51,451 nucleotides of DNA, from the NCBI GenBank assembly GCA_964526325.1, contig CAZGKM010000009.1:1-51451 (forward strand), given 5' to 3'. The notes beneath the pieces were generated by a model. That model made no database searches and was not told the DNA's origin. It saw only the letters and a list, made by a program, of their open reading frames with translations. Position numbers and translations under genes: made by a program. The DNA comes from an uncultured Gammaproteobacteria bacterium. Lineage in GTDB: Bacteria > Patescibacteriota > Patescibacteriia > Patescibacteriales > GWC2-42-12. Below, in pieces: positions 26,431 to 36,021 of this stretch; position 1 is the stretch's first letter; each line of letters opens with the position of its first letter.

Positions 26431-28260
26431 TTACCGCTCGACAGTTAGCGCTGTAAATGTTGGCGAACTGCCTCTAACGGTTACTCCGTCTTCCGAATAA
26501 CTGGCGCTAACAGTGCTAACGCCTCCGTCTTGATCGCTCTGAAGTAGGCCGCCGGCAGAAATACTGCCGATATCTCCGCTCAAACTCCATTGGGCAAGGC
26601 TCGTAACATCCTTAGTCGAACCATCGCTATAAACAGCTGTCGCGACTACCTGTTTCGAAGCCAAGGCGATTAGATTATATTTATCTGCGGTTACCGTTAA
26701 TTTCGCCAAAGTCGGCTTCGTTTCTATCGGCGCCGGTTTTTCGACCGGAGCTACCGCCGGTTGGCCTAAAAGATTGATAGTATCGGTATCAACGGCCGGC
26801 TTAACCGCCGGCTTAGGCGCAACTTGTTCTGATGCTGCCGCCGGTTTTTCGTTATTGGTTTTACTTTCTTCCTTTAACGATTCTGGGGCGATATTATTGT
26901 TGCCGATAATCTGACTTTTTATAATATTTAATCTTTCGATACAATCATAAGATTTTCTTTCTTCCAAGCTTTTAACCAAAGACTGAAATTCAGCCATAGT
27001 TTTCTCATACAAATCGTTTTCTCCTTGATTTAACAGCAATCGCGCTTCTTTTAGCCTAGCTTTGGCTTGCTGGTACAGCAAAAATTCTTTTTCGCTCTCC
27101 GGTGAAATTTTTACCTGTAAATCTTCTATTAATCTTTTAACTTTATAAGCCGATTGGCCAAGAGTGATTTGATCCATTAAATTTTTCTGCAGTTCAAGCT
27201 GATTCTTTAAAATCGCCATTAATTGAGTTTTATCTTCAATGCTAAGCCGATTCAGATCACCGGTAAGCCTTTGTAGCGCCTCGCTGTTTTCTTGGATTAT
27301 CTGATAAGCCAGCTCGACTTTTCCTATGGCCAGCAACGACTGCGCCTCAGCCAAGCGGTGGACTAAAAATGAAACCGCTAATTTTCGTTTAGCCGCCGGA
27401 TCCCGCTCTAAAGCCGATTTAATCTTTTCGGCCAGCTGTTTTAAGCCGTAAAAACTTTCATCCGGTAAAATTCCGGCCACGGCTTTATTTTCTTCCGCCT
27501 GTTTATTCTTAATTTCACTTTCAATTTTATTGTCTTCTAAAATATTGGTTTTAAACCAATCGCTATTTTTTTCTTCCGCCGATAAAGGAGAAATCGTCGG
27601 TGAAATTATTTCATCTGTGCTCGTGCCTTTTTCTACTTTAGCCACTTCGTTGGGTAAAACTTTTATTGTTTTTAAAACTTTCTGGATAGTTTTTTTCTGG
27701 CCGGTTTCTTTATTTAATTCTTCGGTTGTTTGAACCGATGAAACCGCAACTGAATTTTCGATTGAACTCACCTCGGTGGCATTATTGGAGTTCACCAGAA
27801 AATCAAAAACGGTTCCGCGGACGGTAGCTACGGTGTTGCTTGAACTTACTTCATACGTTGCTTCCTTATCGGCCAATTGCATAATTCTCGACCAGATACG
27901 GCCAATTTGGACCGAAAGTTTAACTTTGGTTTTACTGAAATCTTTTTGATCAATATTTAATTCGGATAATTTTATATTACTGTTTGAACCGACATGGGCG
28001 ATTGAGTTATCAAAAAATACGATTGAAACTTTGCCGTCATCGCCGGTCTTTACCTCGCTATCGCTTTTTAATTCATCGTTAACTTTAGCCATAAGCCATT
28101 CGCCGTCTTCGCCAAGCTTTATTTTAACATCTCCGGTTACCGCTGCAATATAAGTTTTTGGCCGAGGTAAATTATTAGCTCCGGCCATGGCCAAAACAAA
28201 ATTTGCGCTTAAATAAACGACGACTGCCAAGATAATAAATATTGCGATGGCTTTTTTCAT
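26431..28260 (-). CDS. FecR-domain protein with coiled-coil middle region and C-terminal Big_2 Ig-like domain
   Basis: TM anchor; VTGDVKIKLGEDGEW...GDDGKVSIVFFDNSIAHVGSNSNIKL (FecR-like); C-terminal VATAVYSDGSTKDVTSLAQWS. Start set at MKKAIAIF (28260). Confidence 0.75.
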   Translation of the reverse strand: MKKAIAIFIILAVVVYLSANFVLAMAGANNLPRPKTYIAAVTGDVKIKLGEDGEWLMAKVNDELKSDSEVKTGDDGKVSIVFFDNSIAHVGSNSNIKLSELNIDQKDFSKTKVKLSVQIGRIWSRIMQLADKEATYEVSSSNTVATVRGTVFDFLVNSNNATEVSSIENSVAVSSVQTTEELNKETGQKKTIQKVLKTIKVLPNEVAKVEKGTSTDEIISPTISPLSAEEKNSDWFKTNILEDNKIESEIKNKQAEENKAVAGILPDESFYGLKQLAEKIKSALERDPAAKRKLAVSFLVHRLAEAQSLLAIGKVELAYQIIQENSEALQRLTGDLNRLSIEDKTQLMAILKNQLELQKNLMDQITLGQSAYKVKRLIEDLQVKISPESEKEFLLYQQAKARLKEARLLLNQGENDLYEKTMAEFQSLVKSLEERKSYDCIERLNIIKSQIIGNNNIAPESLKEESKTNNEKPAAASEQVAPKPAVKPAVDTDTINLLGQPAVAPVEKPAPIETKPTLAKLTVTADKYNLIALASKQVVATAVYSDGSTKDVTSLAQWSLSGDIGSISAGGLLQSDQDGGVSTVSASYSEDGVTVRGSSPTFTALTVER

Positions 28261-28323
28261 ATTTTTAACAAAAACTGCTGAATATGTAGGCATTATAACA
28301 TAAATTCCCATATTTTCAAGGCC

Positions 28324-28384
28324 TTGACAACCTAAAATAAAGTGCTATACTTTACCTTATACCCATACCCCAGGTATAGGTATA
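28324..28384 (+). promoter_or_regulatory. Promoter (TTGACA-16-TATACT) plus CsoR-type palindromic operator
   Basis: TTGACA 28324-28329 and TATACT 28346-28351. Inverted repeat TATACCcATACC-cca-GGTATaGGTATA at 28358-28384. Confidence 0.7.
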
Positions 28385-28422
28385 AAGACTATCAGACTAA
28401 TAATTAATTATACCTTAAACTT

Positions 28423-28695
28423 ATGACCCCGCAAAAAAACAAAGCTTTAATCAGCCTTAAAAAAACCAAGAGCTTAATGGAAAAAATTATTCAAATGGTG
28501 GAAGCCGACGAATATTGCATAAATATCATGCAGCAAAATTTAGCGGCTATCGGCTTACTGCGCTCCGCCCATGAGATGCTTATGGAAGGCCACTTAAACA
28601 GCTGTTTTAAATCCGCTTTTGAAACAAAAAATTCTAAAAAACAAAAAGACATGACCAGCGAAATTTTAAAAGTGACTAAATTATTTAATAAATAA
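28423..28695 (+). CDS. csoR: CsoR/RcnR-family metal-sensing repressor
   Basis: 90 aa; C-H-C ligand pattern (EYC ... GHLNSC). Confidence 0.85.
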   Translation: MTPQKNKALISLKKTKSLMEKIIQMVEADEYCINIMQQNLAAIGLLRSAHEMLMEGHLNSCFKSAFETKNSKKQKDMTSEILKVTKLFNK

Positions 28696-28701
28696 AAATA
28701 T

Positions 28702-28929
28702 ATGATGTACTTTAATCCGTTTTTTTCCGGCCTGTTTATGCCGTTTTTCATGATAATGTTTTGGCTTATTGTTATCGCCGGACTCGCGCTTTTAATTAAC
28801 TGGTCGGCTAAGCAAAGCCGATTAGATAAAACCAATAATAATTCTGCTTTGAACATTTTAAAAGAACGGTATGCCAAAGGTGAAATTGACCAAAAAGAAT
28901 TTGAGGCAAAGAAAAAAGATTTAATATAA
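28702..28929 (+). CDS. Small membrane protein with SHOCT domain
   Basis: TM segment plus LKERYAKGEIDQKEFEAKKKDL. Confidence 0.75.
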   Translation: MMYFNPFFSGLFMPFFMIMFWLIVIAGLALLINWSAKQSRLDKTNNNSALNILKERYAKGEIDQKEFEAKKKDLI

Positions 28930-28935
28930 TTAAAT

Positions 28936-30300
28936 ATGTCTAGTCTAAAAAAATTTATCATACCTATAAACGGCCTGCATTGCAAGTCGTGCGAGATTCT
29001 GGTTGAAGATCAGCTGAAAAAAATAAACAGAGTAGCTAAAGTTTCGGTTAACCACCGCCGGAACATGGCGGAAATTTATTATGAAAATGAAAAACCAGAA
29101 CTTAACCAAATAGCCGAAGCGCTAAAAAAAACCGGCTATAGCTTGGGCGAAGAAAAAAAGATTGAAAATTTAATAAGTAAAAATCTGACCGACTACAAAG
29201 ACCTGGGAGTAGCATTTCTCTTTTTATTCGGCCTATATTTTATGCTTAAAGGTCTGGGCTTCATTAACATAAATATTTTGCCTTCAGACAATGGCAGCGT
29301 TACAATACCGCTGGTTTTACTTATCGGCTTAACCGCCGGCGTCTCAACTTGCATGGCTTTAGTCGGCGGCTTAATTCTCGGCCTTTCGGTTAAGCATAAC
29401 GAACTTCACCCCGAAGCCACGGCTATGGAAAAATTCAGGCCGCATTTATTTTTTAATTTGGGCCGGATTATTTCTTTCGCCTTTTTCGGAGGGCTTCTGG
29501 GCTTAATAGGCTCTACTATCCAGATCCAAAGTTTCGCTTTAGGCATTATTACTATTTTCGTCGGCCTGATTATGCTGGCTATGGGCTTACAATTAATCGA
29601 CATATTCCCCTGGGCGCATAAATTAAAACTAAGCTTGCCGAAAAATTTAAGCCGAGTGCTGGGATTAAACGAACGGCAAAAAGAATACAGCCTTAAAAAC
29701 TCAAGCCTGCTGGGCGCTTTAACTTTCTTTTTACCCTGCGGTTTTACCCAGGCCATGCAAGTACTGGCCGTAAGTACGGGCAGTCTGTTTTACGGCGCGG
29801 CCGTTATGAGTTTATTCGCTTTAGGCACGATGCCGGGATTACTGAGCATCGGCGGCTTAACCGCCGTGGTTAAAGGGCCTTTGGCTAAAAAATTCTTTAA
29901 GTTTTCCGGCTTGGTAGTTATATTTTTCGCCATCTTTAATATTTCTAACGGTCTGGGCTTGACCGGATTAAATTTAGCTTATAGCCAAAGCCAAGACGTA
30001 AAGCTAATCGACCGGAACGTCACCGCGGAAAACGGCGTGCAGATTGTCCGGATGAAGGAATTGGCTAACGGCTATTCGCCAAATAATTTTACTATTAAGC
30101 TGGGCGTTCCGGTAAAATGGATAATAGACGCCCAGGCGCCTTATTCCTGCGCCGCCAGCCTGGTTATGTCAAAATATAATATCAGAAAAAACCTGGTTAA
30201 AGGTGAAAATATAATTGAGTTTACGCCAAATCAAACCGGCCGAATTCCTTTTTCCTGCTCTATGGGCATGTATGCCGGCGTCTTTAACGTGGTTGAATAA
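28936..30300 (+). CDS. HMA-domain / DsbD_2 (TauE-UreH-like) multi-TM protein with C-terminal cupredoxin-like domain
   Basis: N-terminal INGLHCKSCEILVE, ~6 TM segments with LPCGFTQAMQ, C-terminal beta domain ending FSCSMGMYAGV. Confidence 0.7.
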   Translation: MSSLKKFIIPINGLHCKSCEILVEDQLKKINRVAKVSVNHRRNMAEIYYENEKPELNQIAEALKKTGYSLGEEKKIENLISKNLTDYKDLGVAFLFLFGLYFMLKGLGFININILPSDNGSVTIPLVLLIGLTAGVSTCMALVGGLILGLSVKHNELHPEATAMEKFRPHLFFNLGRIISFAFFGGLLGLIGSTIQIQSFALGIITIFVGLIMLAMGLQLIDIFPWAHKLKLSLPKNLSRVLGLNERQKEYSLKNSSLLGALTFFLPCGFTQAMQVLAVSTGSLFYGAAVMSLFALGTMPGLLSIGGLTAVVKGPLAKKFFKFSGLVVIFFAIFNISNGLGLTGLNLAYSQSQDVKLIDRNVTAENGVQIVRMKELANGYSPNNFTIKLGVPVKWIIDAQAPYSCAASLVMSKYNIRKNLVKGENIIEFTPNQTGRIPFSCSMGMYAGVFNVVE

Positions 30301-30309
30301 ATTACTTTT

Positions 30310-30420
30310 TTGTCATTGCGAGCCCCGTACTCGTGGCGAAGCAATCTCCGGTAAAACCCACGCCTTTACCGCTTAATTAGAGATTGCTTCGTCGCTTAAT
30401 TACATACCCCTCGCAATGAC
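30310..30420. mobile_element. Family A palindromic MITE/REP-like element
   Basis: TTGTCATTGCGAGCCCCGTACTCGTGGCGAAGCAATCTCC ... AGAGATTGCTTCGTCGC ... CCCTCGCAATGAC. Confidence 0.8.
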
Positions 30421-30430
30421 CTTAAATCAT

Positions 30431-32677
30431 ATGTCCAATAAAATCATTCTAAACATATCCGGCATGCACTGCGCTTCGTGCGCGGCCAATATCGAGCATG
30501 GATTAAAAAAAACTGACGGAGTCGTCTCGGCTAACGTTAATTATGCCACGGAAAAATTAAATTTAGAGTATAATCAGGATAAAATCAATCTGGAAGACAT
30601 TAAAAAGCAAATAAAAAAAATCGGTTACGAAATTTTTGACCTGACCGCCGAGGAGCATAATTCCGGACATAATTACGCCGCTGCTTCAATCAAAAAATTA
30701 AGAAAAATTTTTATTTTTTCCGCTCTTTTAGGCTTGCCGGTTTTTTATTTAGCCATGGGCGGAATGTTCGGACTGCCGCAACCGCCATTATCCCTTAAAA
30801 TCGGAGTCATTATTCAATTTGCGATTACTACGATTATCATGGCTATAAATTACCCTCTCTATGTATCCGGCCTGAAAAAGCTGATTCAACTCAATCCCAA
30901 TATGGATTCATTAATCGAGACCGGAACCTTGGCCGCTTATTTTTACAGTTTAATTATTTCTTTGTTGATTTGGTTTAAGCCTGATTATACCGCCGATCAT
31001 TTATATTACGAAAGCGCGGCTTTTATTTTAATTTTTATTACCTTAGGCAAATATCTTGAAGCCGTGACTAAAGGCAAGGCCGGCGCGGCTATAAAAAAAT
31101 TAATCGGCTTGCAGCCCAAAGAAGCAACCATCGTCAAAGACGGCGAAGAAATAATTATTCCCATTTCCGAAGTTAAGGTCGGCGACATTATCCTGATTAA
31201 ACCCGGAGAAAAAATTCCGCTTGACGGCGTTGTAATAGCCGGCCATACAAGCGTGGACGAAAAAACCATTACCGGAGAAAGTCTGCCCATAGAAAAAAAT
31301 ATCGGCGATAATGTTATCGGCGCCACGATCAATAAAAATGGCAGCCTGAAAATTAAAGCCTTAAAAGTCGGCGACGATACCATGATAGCGCAGATTATAA
31401 AAATAGTTGAGCAAGCTTTAGCCACCAAAGCGCCAATTCAGCTTTTAGCCGATAAAGTTGCATTCTACTTTGTGCCAACGGTTATTGTTATCGCGCTAAT
31501 TACTTTCGCCGTCTGGCTGATTCTGGGATTTTCCTTCGTCTTTGCTTTAACCGCTTTTGTCTCGGTTTTAATCATCGCCTGCCCTTGCTCTTTAGGGCTA
31601 GCCACGCCCACGGCCGTGATGATGGGTACGGGGTTAGCCGCGGCTAAAGGAATCTTAATAAAAAATAGCCGGGCGCTAGAAACCGCTAAACGCATTACCA
31701 TGGTGGTCTTTGATAAAACCGGAACGCTGACTAAAGGCGAACCGGCCGTAACCGATGTTATTCCAATCTCCTCTATTGTCTCAAAGACAGCAAAAAATCA
31801 CTTAAATATAAACCAGCTACTCCAGCTCGCCGCTTCCATTGAAAAAAATTCCGAGCATCCTTTGGCCGATGCTATCGTTAAAGAAGCTAATGAAAAAAAA
31901 TTGCAACTTTTGCCGGTGCAAAATTTTCTGGCCATACCGGGCAAAGGCGTGCGCGCCCTAGTAAACGGACAAAATATTATTCTTGGCACGAAAAAATTAA
32001 TGCTTGAAAGCCAAATTGAGACTTTAGCGATTGAAAATAAAACGGCCGAGCTGGAAAAGCAGGGTAAAACCACCATGATTTTAGCCGTTAATAAAACTAT
32101 TGTCGGTTTAATAGCTTTAGCCGATACTTTAAAAGATAATTCCCGCGAGGCTCTAATCAAGCTTAAGGCCATGAATAAAAAAATCGCTATGATTTCCGGA
32201 GATAATAAACGAGTGGCCGAAGCTATAGCTAAGGAATTAGCTATTGACTATGTTTTAGCCGAAGTAATGCCCGAAGATAAAGCTAATGAAATTAAAAAAT
32301 TGCAAGCGCAAGGCGAAGTCGTTGCCATGGTAGGCGACGGCATTAATGATGCGCCGGCGCTGGCGAGCGCCGATTTAGGAATTGCCTTAGGCTCGGGTAC
32401 GGATGTGGCCATGGAAACAGGTGAAATTATTTTAATTAAGGACGATTTAAGAGACGTAGCCGCGGCTATTAATTTAAGCGCTTTTACCTTAAAAAAAATC
32501 AAACAAAATTTATTCTGGGCGTTTTTCTATAATATTGTCGGCATTCCGATAGCGGCCGGCGTTTTATACCCTTTAACCGGCTGGCTTTTAAGCCCGAGCG
32601 TGGCCGCCGCAGCCATGGCTTTTTCTTCTGTTAGCGTAGTTTTAAATTCCTTATCCATGAAAAATTATAAAGCGTAA
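30431..32677 (+). CDS. copA: Copper-translocating P1B-type ATPase
   Basis: GMHCASCA, TGES, CPCSLGLATP, DKTGTLT, GDGINDAP. Start set at MSNKIIL because the upstream codons lie in the repeat. Confidence 0.93.
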   Translation: MSNKIILNISGMHCASCAANIEHGLKKTDGVVSANVNYATEKLNLEYNQDKINLEDIKKQIKKIGYEIFDLTAEEHNSGHNYAAASIKKLRKIFIFSALLGLPVFYLAMGGMFGLPQPPLSLKIGVIIQFAITTIIMAINYPLYVSGLKKLIQLNPNMDSLIETGTLAAYFYSLIISLLIWFKPDYTADHLYYESAAFILIFITLGKYLEAVTKGKAGAAIKKLIGLQPKEATIVKDGEEIIIPISEVKVGDIILIKPGEKIPLDGVVIAGHTSVDEKTITGESLPIEKNIGDNVIGATINKNGSLKIKALKVGDDTMIAQIIKIVEQALATKAPIQLLADKVAFYFVPTVIVIALITFAVWLILGFSFVFALTAFVSVLIIACPCSLGLATPTAVMMGTGLAAAKGILIKNSRALETAKRITMVVFDKTGTLTKGEPAVTDVIPISSIVSKTAKNHLNINQLLQLAASIEKNSEHPLADAIVKEANEKKLQLLPVQNFLAIPGKGVRALVNGQNIILGTKKLMLESQIETLAIENKTAELEKQGKTTMILAVNKTIVGLIALADTLKDNSREALIKLKAMNKKIAMISGDNKRVAEAIAKELAIDYVLAEVMPEDKANEIKKLQAQGEVVAMVGDGINDAPALASADLGIALGSGTDVAMETGEIILIKDDLRDVAAAINLSAFTLKKIKQNLFWAFFYNIVGIPIAAGVLYPLTGWLLSPSVAAAAMAFSSVSVVLNSLSMKNYKA

Positions 32678-32732
32678 AATTTATTTACCCTCTGAAACTT
32701 CAATAAAAAAACGGAAAATATAAAAAGTAATT

Positions 32733-32760
32733 TTGCATTCGCCTGAAAGTCGGCTATAAT
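32733..32760 (+). promoter_or_regulatory. Promoter TTGCAT-16-TATAAT ending 6 nt before the sufS ATG (leaderless-type arrangement)
   Basis: TTGCAT 32733-32738, TATAAT 32755-32760, ATG at 32767, no SD. Confidence 0.55.
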
Positions 32761-32766
32761 ATAATT

Positions 32767-33978
32767 ATGAATTTAGAAAAAATAAGACAAGACTTCCCAA
32801 TACTCCAAAAAAATATAAACGGCCAGCCGCCGGTTTATTTTGATAATGCCTGCATGAGCTTAAAGCCCCTGCCAGTAATTAAAGCTATTAATGAATATTA
32901 TTATGAATACCCGTCTTGCGGCGGCCGGAGCGGGCATAAATTCGGAGAAATGGTAACTAAAAAAGTTGAAGCGGCAAGAATAGCCATGGCCGAATTTATC
33001 GGCGCTAAATATGCGCATGAAATAATTTTTACGCGCAACACTACCGAAGGCATTAATTTAATTGCCCACACTCTTAAATTTAATTCCGGCGACATAATTT
33101 TAAGCACGGATAAAGAGCATAATTCAAACTTAATCCCCTGGCAAATTTTATCTGAAAAAATAGGCGTTATCCATAAAGCCGTAGAATCAAAGCCGGATAA
33201 TACTTTTGATCTGGCTAAATTTGAATCTATGATGACCGACCGGGTTAAATTAGTTTCTATGGTGCAGACTTCAAATCTTGACGGCGTAAGCATTCCGGCC
33301 AAAGAAATAATTAAAATAGCGCATAAGCGCGGCGCCTTAGTACTACTCGACTCGGCTCAATCCGCGCCGCACCAAAAAATTAACGTCGCCGATTTGGACG
33401 TTGATTTTCTGGCTTTTTCCGGGCATAAAATGCTCGGACCGACCGGTACCGGAATACTATATGGAAAAAAACATTTACTGGAAAAACTGGAGCCGTTCTT
33501 AACCGGCGGAGAGACGGTTGAATATTCAACTTATAGCGATCATAAGTTGCTCCCTAGCCCGGAAAAATTTGAAGCCGGACTGCAGGATTACTCCGGCATA
33601 ATCGGTTTGGGCCGGGCGGCCGAATATTTAAAAACCATCGGCTACGCCGATATGGCCGAACAGGAATACAAATTAAATAAATATATAACGGACGAAATAA
33701 TTAAAATTCCCAAATTAAAAATTATCGGCCCGGCCGACCCGCATCAAAGAACCGGCATCATCTCTTTTTATATTGAAAACATAGATTCGCACCAAATCGC
33801 CATACTGCTTGACGAAACCGCTAACATAATGATAAGAGCCGGCCAGCATTGCGTTCATTCCTGGTTTCATGCCCATCGCATAAAAAATTCTGCCAGGATT
33901 TCCCTGTATTTCTATAATACGATGGAAGAAGCGGAAATATTCGTCAGTAGCTTAAATAAAATAATGAAAATATTATAA
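32767..33978 (+). CDS. sufS: Cysteine desulfurase, SufS/CsdA-like class V aminotransferase
   Basis: FSGHKMLGPTGTG (PLP Lys), RAGQHCVHSW (catalytic Cys loop). Confidence 0.85.
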   Translation: MNLEKIRQDFPILQKNINGQPPVYFDNACMSLKPLPVIKAINEYYYEYPSCGGRSGHKFGEMVTKKVEAARIAMAEFIGAKYAHEIIFTRNTTEGINLIAHTLKFNSGDIILSTDKEHNSNLIPWQILSEKIGVIHKAVESKPDNTFDLAKFESMMTDRVKLVSMVQTSNLDGVSIPAKEIIKIAHKRGALVLLDSAQSAPHQKINVADLDVDFLAFSGHKMLGPTGTGILYGKKHLLEKLEPFLTGGETVEYSTYSDHKLLPSPEKFEAGLQDYSGIIGLGRAAEYLKTIGYADMAEQEYKLNKYITDEIIKIPKLKIIGPADPHQRTGIISFYIENIDSHQIAILLDETANIMIRAGQHCVHSWFHAHRIKNSARISLYFYNTMEEAEIFVSSLNKIMKIL

Positions 33979-33981
33979 CGA

Positions 33982-34130
33982 TTGTCATTGCGAGGAGCGA
34001 CTGAGCGACGAAGCAATCTCACGGACAATTTAAAAAATATAAACGTCATTTTTACTAACAAACTATACTATCAATAAATAGTTCGCGAGATTACCACGTC
34101 GCCCCAGGCACGTGCCTCCTCGCAATGACA
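33982..34130. mobile_element. Family A palindromic element, long variant (~150 nt)
   Basis: TTGTCATTGCGAGGAGCGACTGAGCGACGAAGCAATCTCACGG ... CGCGAGATTACCACGTCGCC...CCTCCTCGCAATGACAG. Confidence 0.8.
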
Positions 34131-34140
34131 GAAAAATTCT

Positions 34141-35079
34141 ATGTTCTGCGTTCTCGCTTTAATCGTTTTTTCATTTTTAGGCGTCTTTAGCGCCACTCAT
34201 CGCGCTTTAGCGCGCCAGGCTTTAGATTGCGTTTTTAGAAGAGTGACTTTCCGGCCTTGCAATACCGGTTTTAAGGAAAAAATTAAAAATAAAATCCTGG
34301 CAAAACTCTTAAACCGCTCCGACTTGGTCGCGCGGCTATTCAACAAACACTTTGAACTTTTATCCTGGATTTTCTTTATATTAATGATAACCAGCACTTT
34401 TTGGATAGTTAGGGGCGGCTATAATTTTTATTTATACGGAAGCTGCAACGGCCTTAACCAATCCGGCTTTTGCGCTTTTGACCCGAACGGCGAAAATAAT
34501 AAAGTAACCGAGCTGAACGCCGTCGGTATCTGCAGCCCGAAAGAACAAAGCGAAAAAAATATAACGCTTTCCGGCGTAGATTTATACGACTTCCCGAGAA
34601 TAAGCACCGGCGCAAAAGACACCATTATCTTTATCGGCTGTTATGAATGCGATTACAGCCGCAAAGCTTATCCGGAAATCCGCGAGCTGGTAAAAAATGA
34701 AAAGACCAATTTAATTTTCGCCCATTACCCGGCTATCGCCAATACGGATTATTTATCGGAAATAACATATTGCGCTTACCGCGAAAATCAAGAAAAACTT
34801 TGGCCCTTAAACGATTACCTGTTTACCGCCGACAAAAAATTAATATCAGATCAAGCTTTTATTAATCAAGCTTTAGAAGCTTTCGGTTATAACGCGGATG
34901 AAATAAATCAATGCGTAAACAGCGCCGAAGCAAAAAGCGCAGAAGAAAAACAAATAAAAGAACTGCAAAAAACCGGTCTTTACGGCACGCCGACGATTTT
35001 CATAAACGGCCAAGTTTTCGTTGGACCAAAACCTTACCGGGTTTACAGGAGCGCGCTGAAAAAATTTATTTTCTTTTAA
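34141..35079 (+). CDS. Membrane-anchored DsbA/thioredoxin-fold protein
   Basis: N-terminal TM segments, CYEC redox motif, GTPTIFINGQ. Confidence 0.72.
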   Translation: MFCVLALIVFSFLGVFSATHRALARQALDCVFRRVTFRPCNTGFKEKIKNKILAKLLNRSDLVARLFNKHFELLSWIFFILMITSTFWIVRGGYNFYLYGSCNGLNQSGFCAFDPNGENNKVTELNAVGICSPKEQSEKNITLSGVDLYDFPRISTGAKDTIIFIGCYECDYSRKAYPEIRELVKNEKTNLIFAHYPAIANTDYLSEITYCAYRENQEKLWPLNDYLFTADKKLISDQAFINQALEAFGYNADEINQCVNSAEAKSAEEKQIKELQKTGLYGTPTIFINGQVFVGPKPYRVYRSALKKFIFF

Positions 35080-35100
35080 AAAATTCGATTTAGATTAATA

Positions 35101-35132
35101 AAAAAAACTCGGCTCTTAAGCCGAGTTTTTTA
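35101..35132. terminator. Bidirectional intrinsic terminator
   Basis: aaaaaaACTCGGCtcttaaGCCGAGTtttttt, between convergent genes. Confidence 0.8.
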
Positions 35133-35147
35133 TTTATAAAACTAAAA

Positions 35148-35882
35148 TCATATTAATAAAAGCGCTAAATAAACGAGCGTGCCGCCGCCGACACCGAATA
35201 AAAAAGTTTTAATCTGATGATATTTAAAACTTTCCGGAAGGAGTTCATGGACGGCGATAAAAAGCATGGCGCCGGCCGCCAAAGACAAAAAAATAGAATT
35301 AAGATTTTTAAAAATAGCCAATAAATTAATGGCTAAAACCGAGCCCAGAAAAGTAGCCAGCATAGAAAGCGTAGCGGCTTTATGGCAAAAACTGCGTCCG
35401 CCTGATTTTGGCTCAGACATAGTTAGAATATAACCTTCAGGAACGTTGTGAATAAAAGTAGCGAGCACTACTAAAAGGCCGAGCGACTCCGAACCGCTAA
35501 ACGAGCTAGTAATAGCAAACCCTTCCGGGAAATCGTGCAAAATCAAGCCGATAGCGATAAGATAGGACATTCGCGCCAAATATTTATCTTGGCATTTTTT
35601 TATTTCTTTTACCGAATGTAAATGCGGAATAATCCAATCAGCCAGCCAGATGACAAAAATTCCCGATAAAACCCAAAAAAATAACTTTCCCGCGCTGATA
35701 TTTTTGGCTGCAGCCGGGATTAACTCAAATATTGATATTAAAATCATTAAGCTGGCGGCGAAACTCGCGCTAAAAATAATGTTCTTTTCCGTTTTCTTGA
35801 ATAAACTGCCGAAAAAAACTCCGACTAAAGTTGCAAAACCGGCCAAACCGGCTAAAAATAATATGTTTGTATTAGACATCAT
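35148..35882 (-). CDS. zupT: ZIP-family divalent metal transporter
   Basis: HDFPEGFA and HNVPEG motifs, ~8 TM segments. Confidence 0.85.
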   Translation of the reverse strand: MMSNTNILFLAGLAGFATLVGVFFGSLFKKTEKNIIFSASFAASLMILISIFELIPAAAKNISAGKLFFWVLSGIFVIWLADWIIPHLHSVKEIKKCQDKYLARMSYLIAIGLILHDFPEGFAITSSFSGSESLGLLVVLATFIHNVPEGYILTMSEPKSGGRSFCHKAATLSMLATFLGSVLAINLLAIFKNLNSIFLSLAAGAMLFIAVHELLPESFKYHQIKTFLFGVGGGTLVYLALLLI

Positions 35883-35967
35883 AAAGCTTTATGTTCTATT
35901 TATGTATTAATTTTACTACAAAAAAATTTAAAATCCTATAGCGGCCAGAAACGTGATTATAAGGCTA

Positions 35968-36004
35968 AATAAAAACCCCATATCTGATAAATCCGATATG
36001 GGGG
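35968..36004 (-). terminator. Intrinsic terminator after the 78-aa ORF
   Basis: Minus strand CCCCATATCggatttatcaGATATGGGG followed by TTTTTATTT. Confidence 0.75.
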
Positions 36005-36021
36005 CGCTAAAATTTAAAAAA

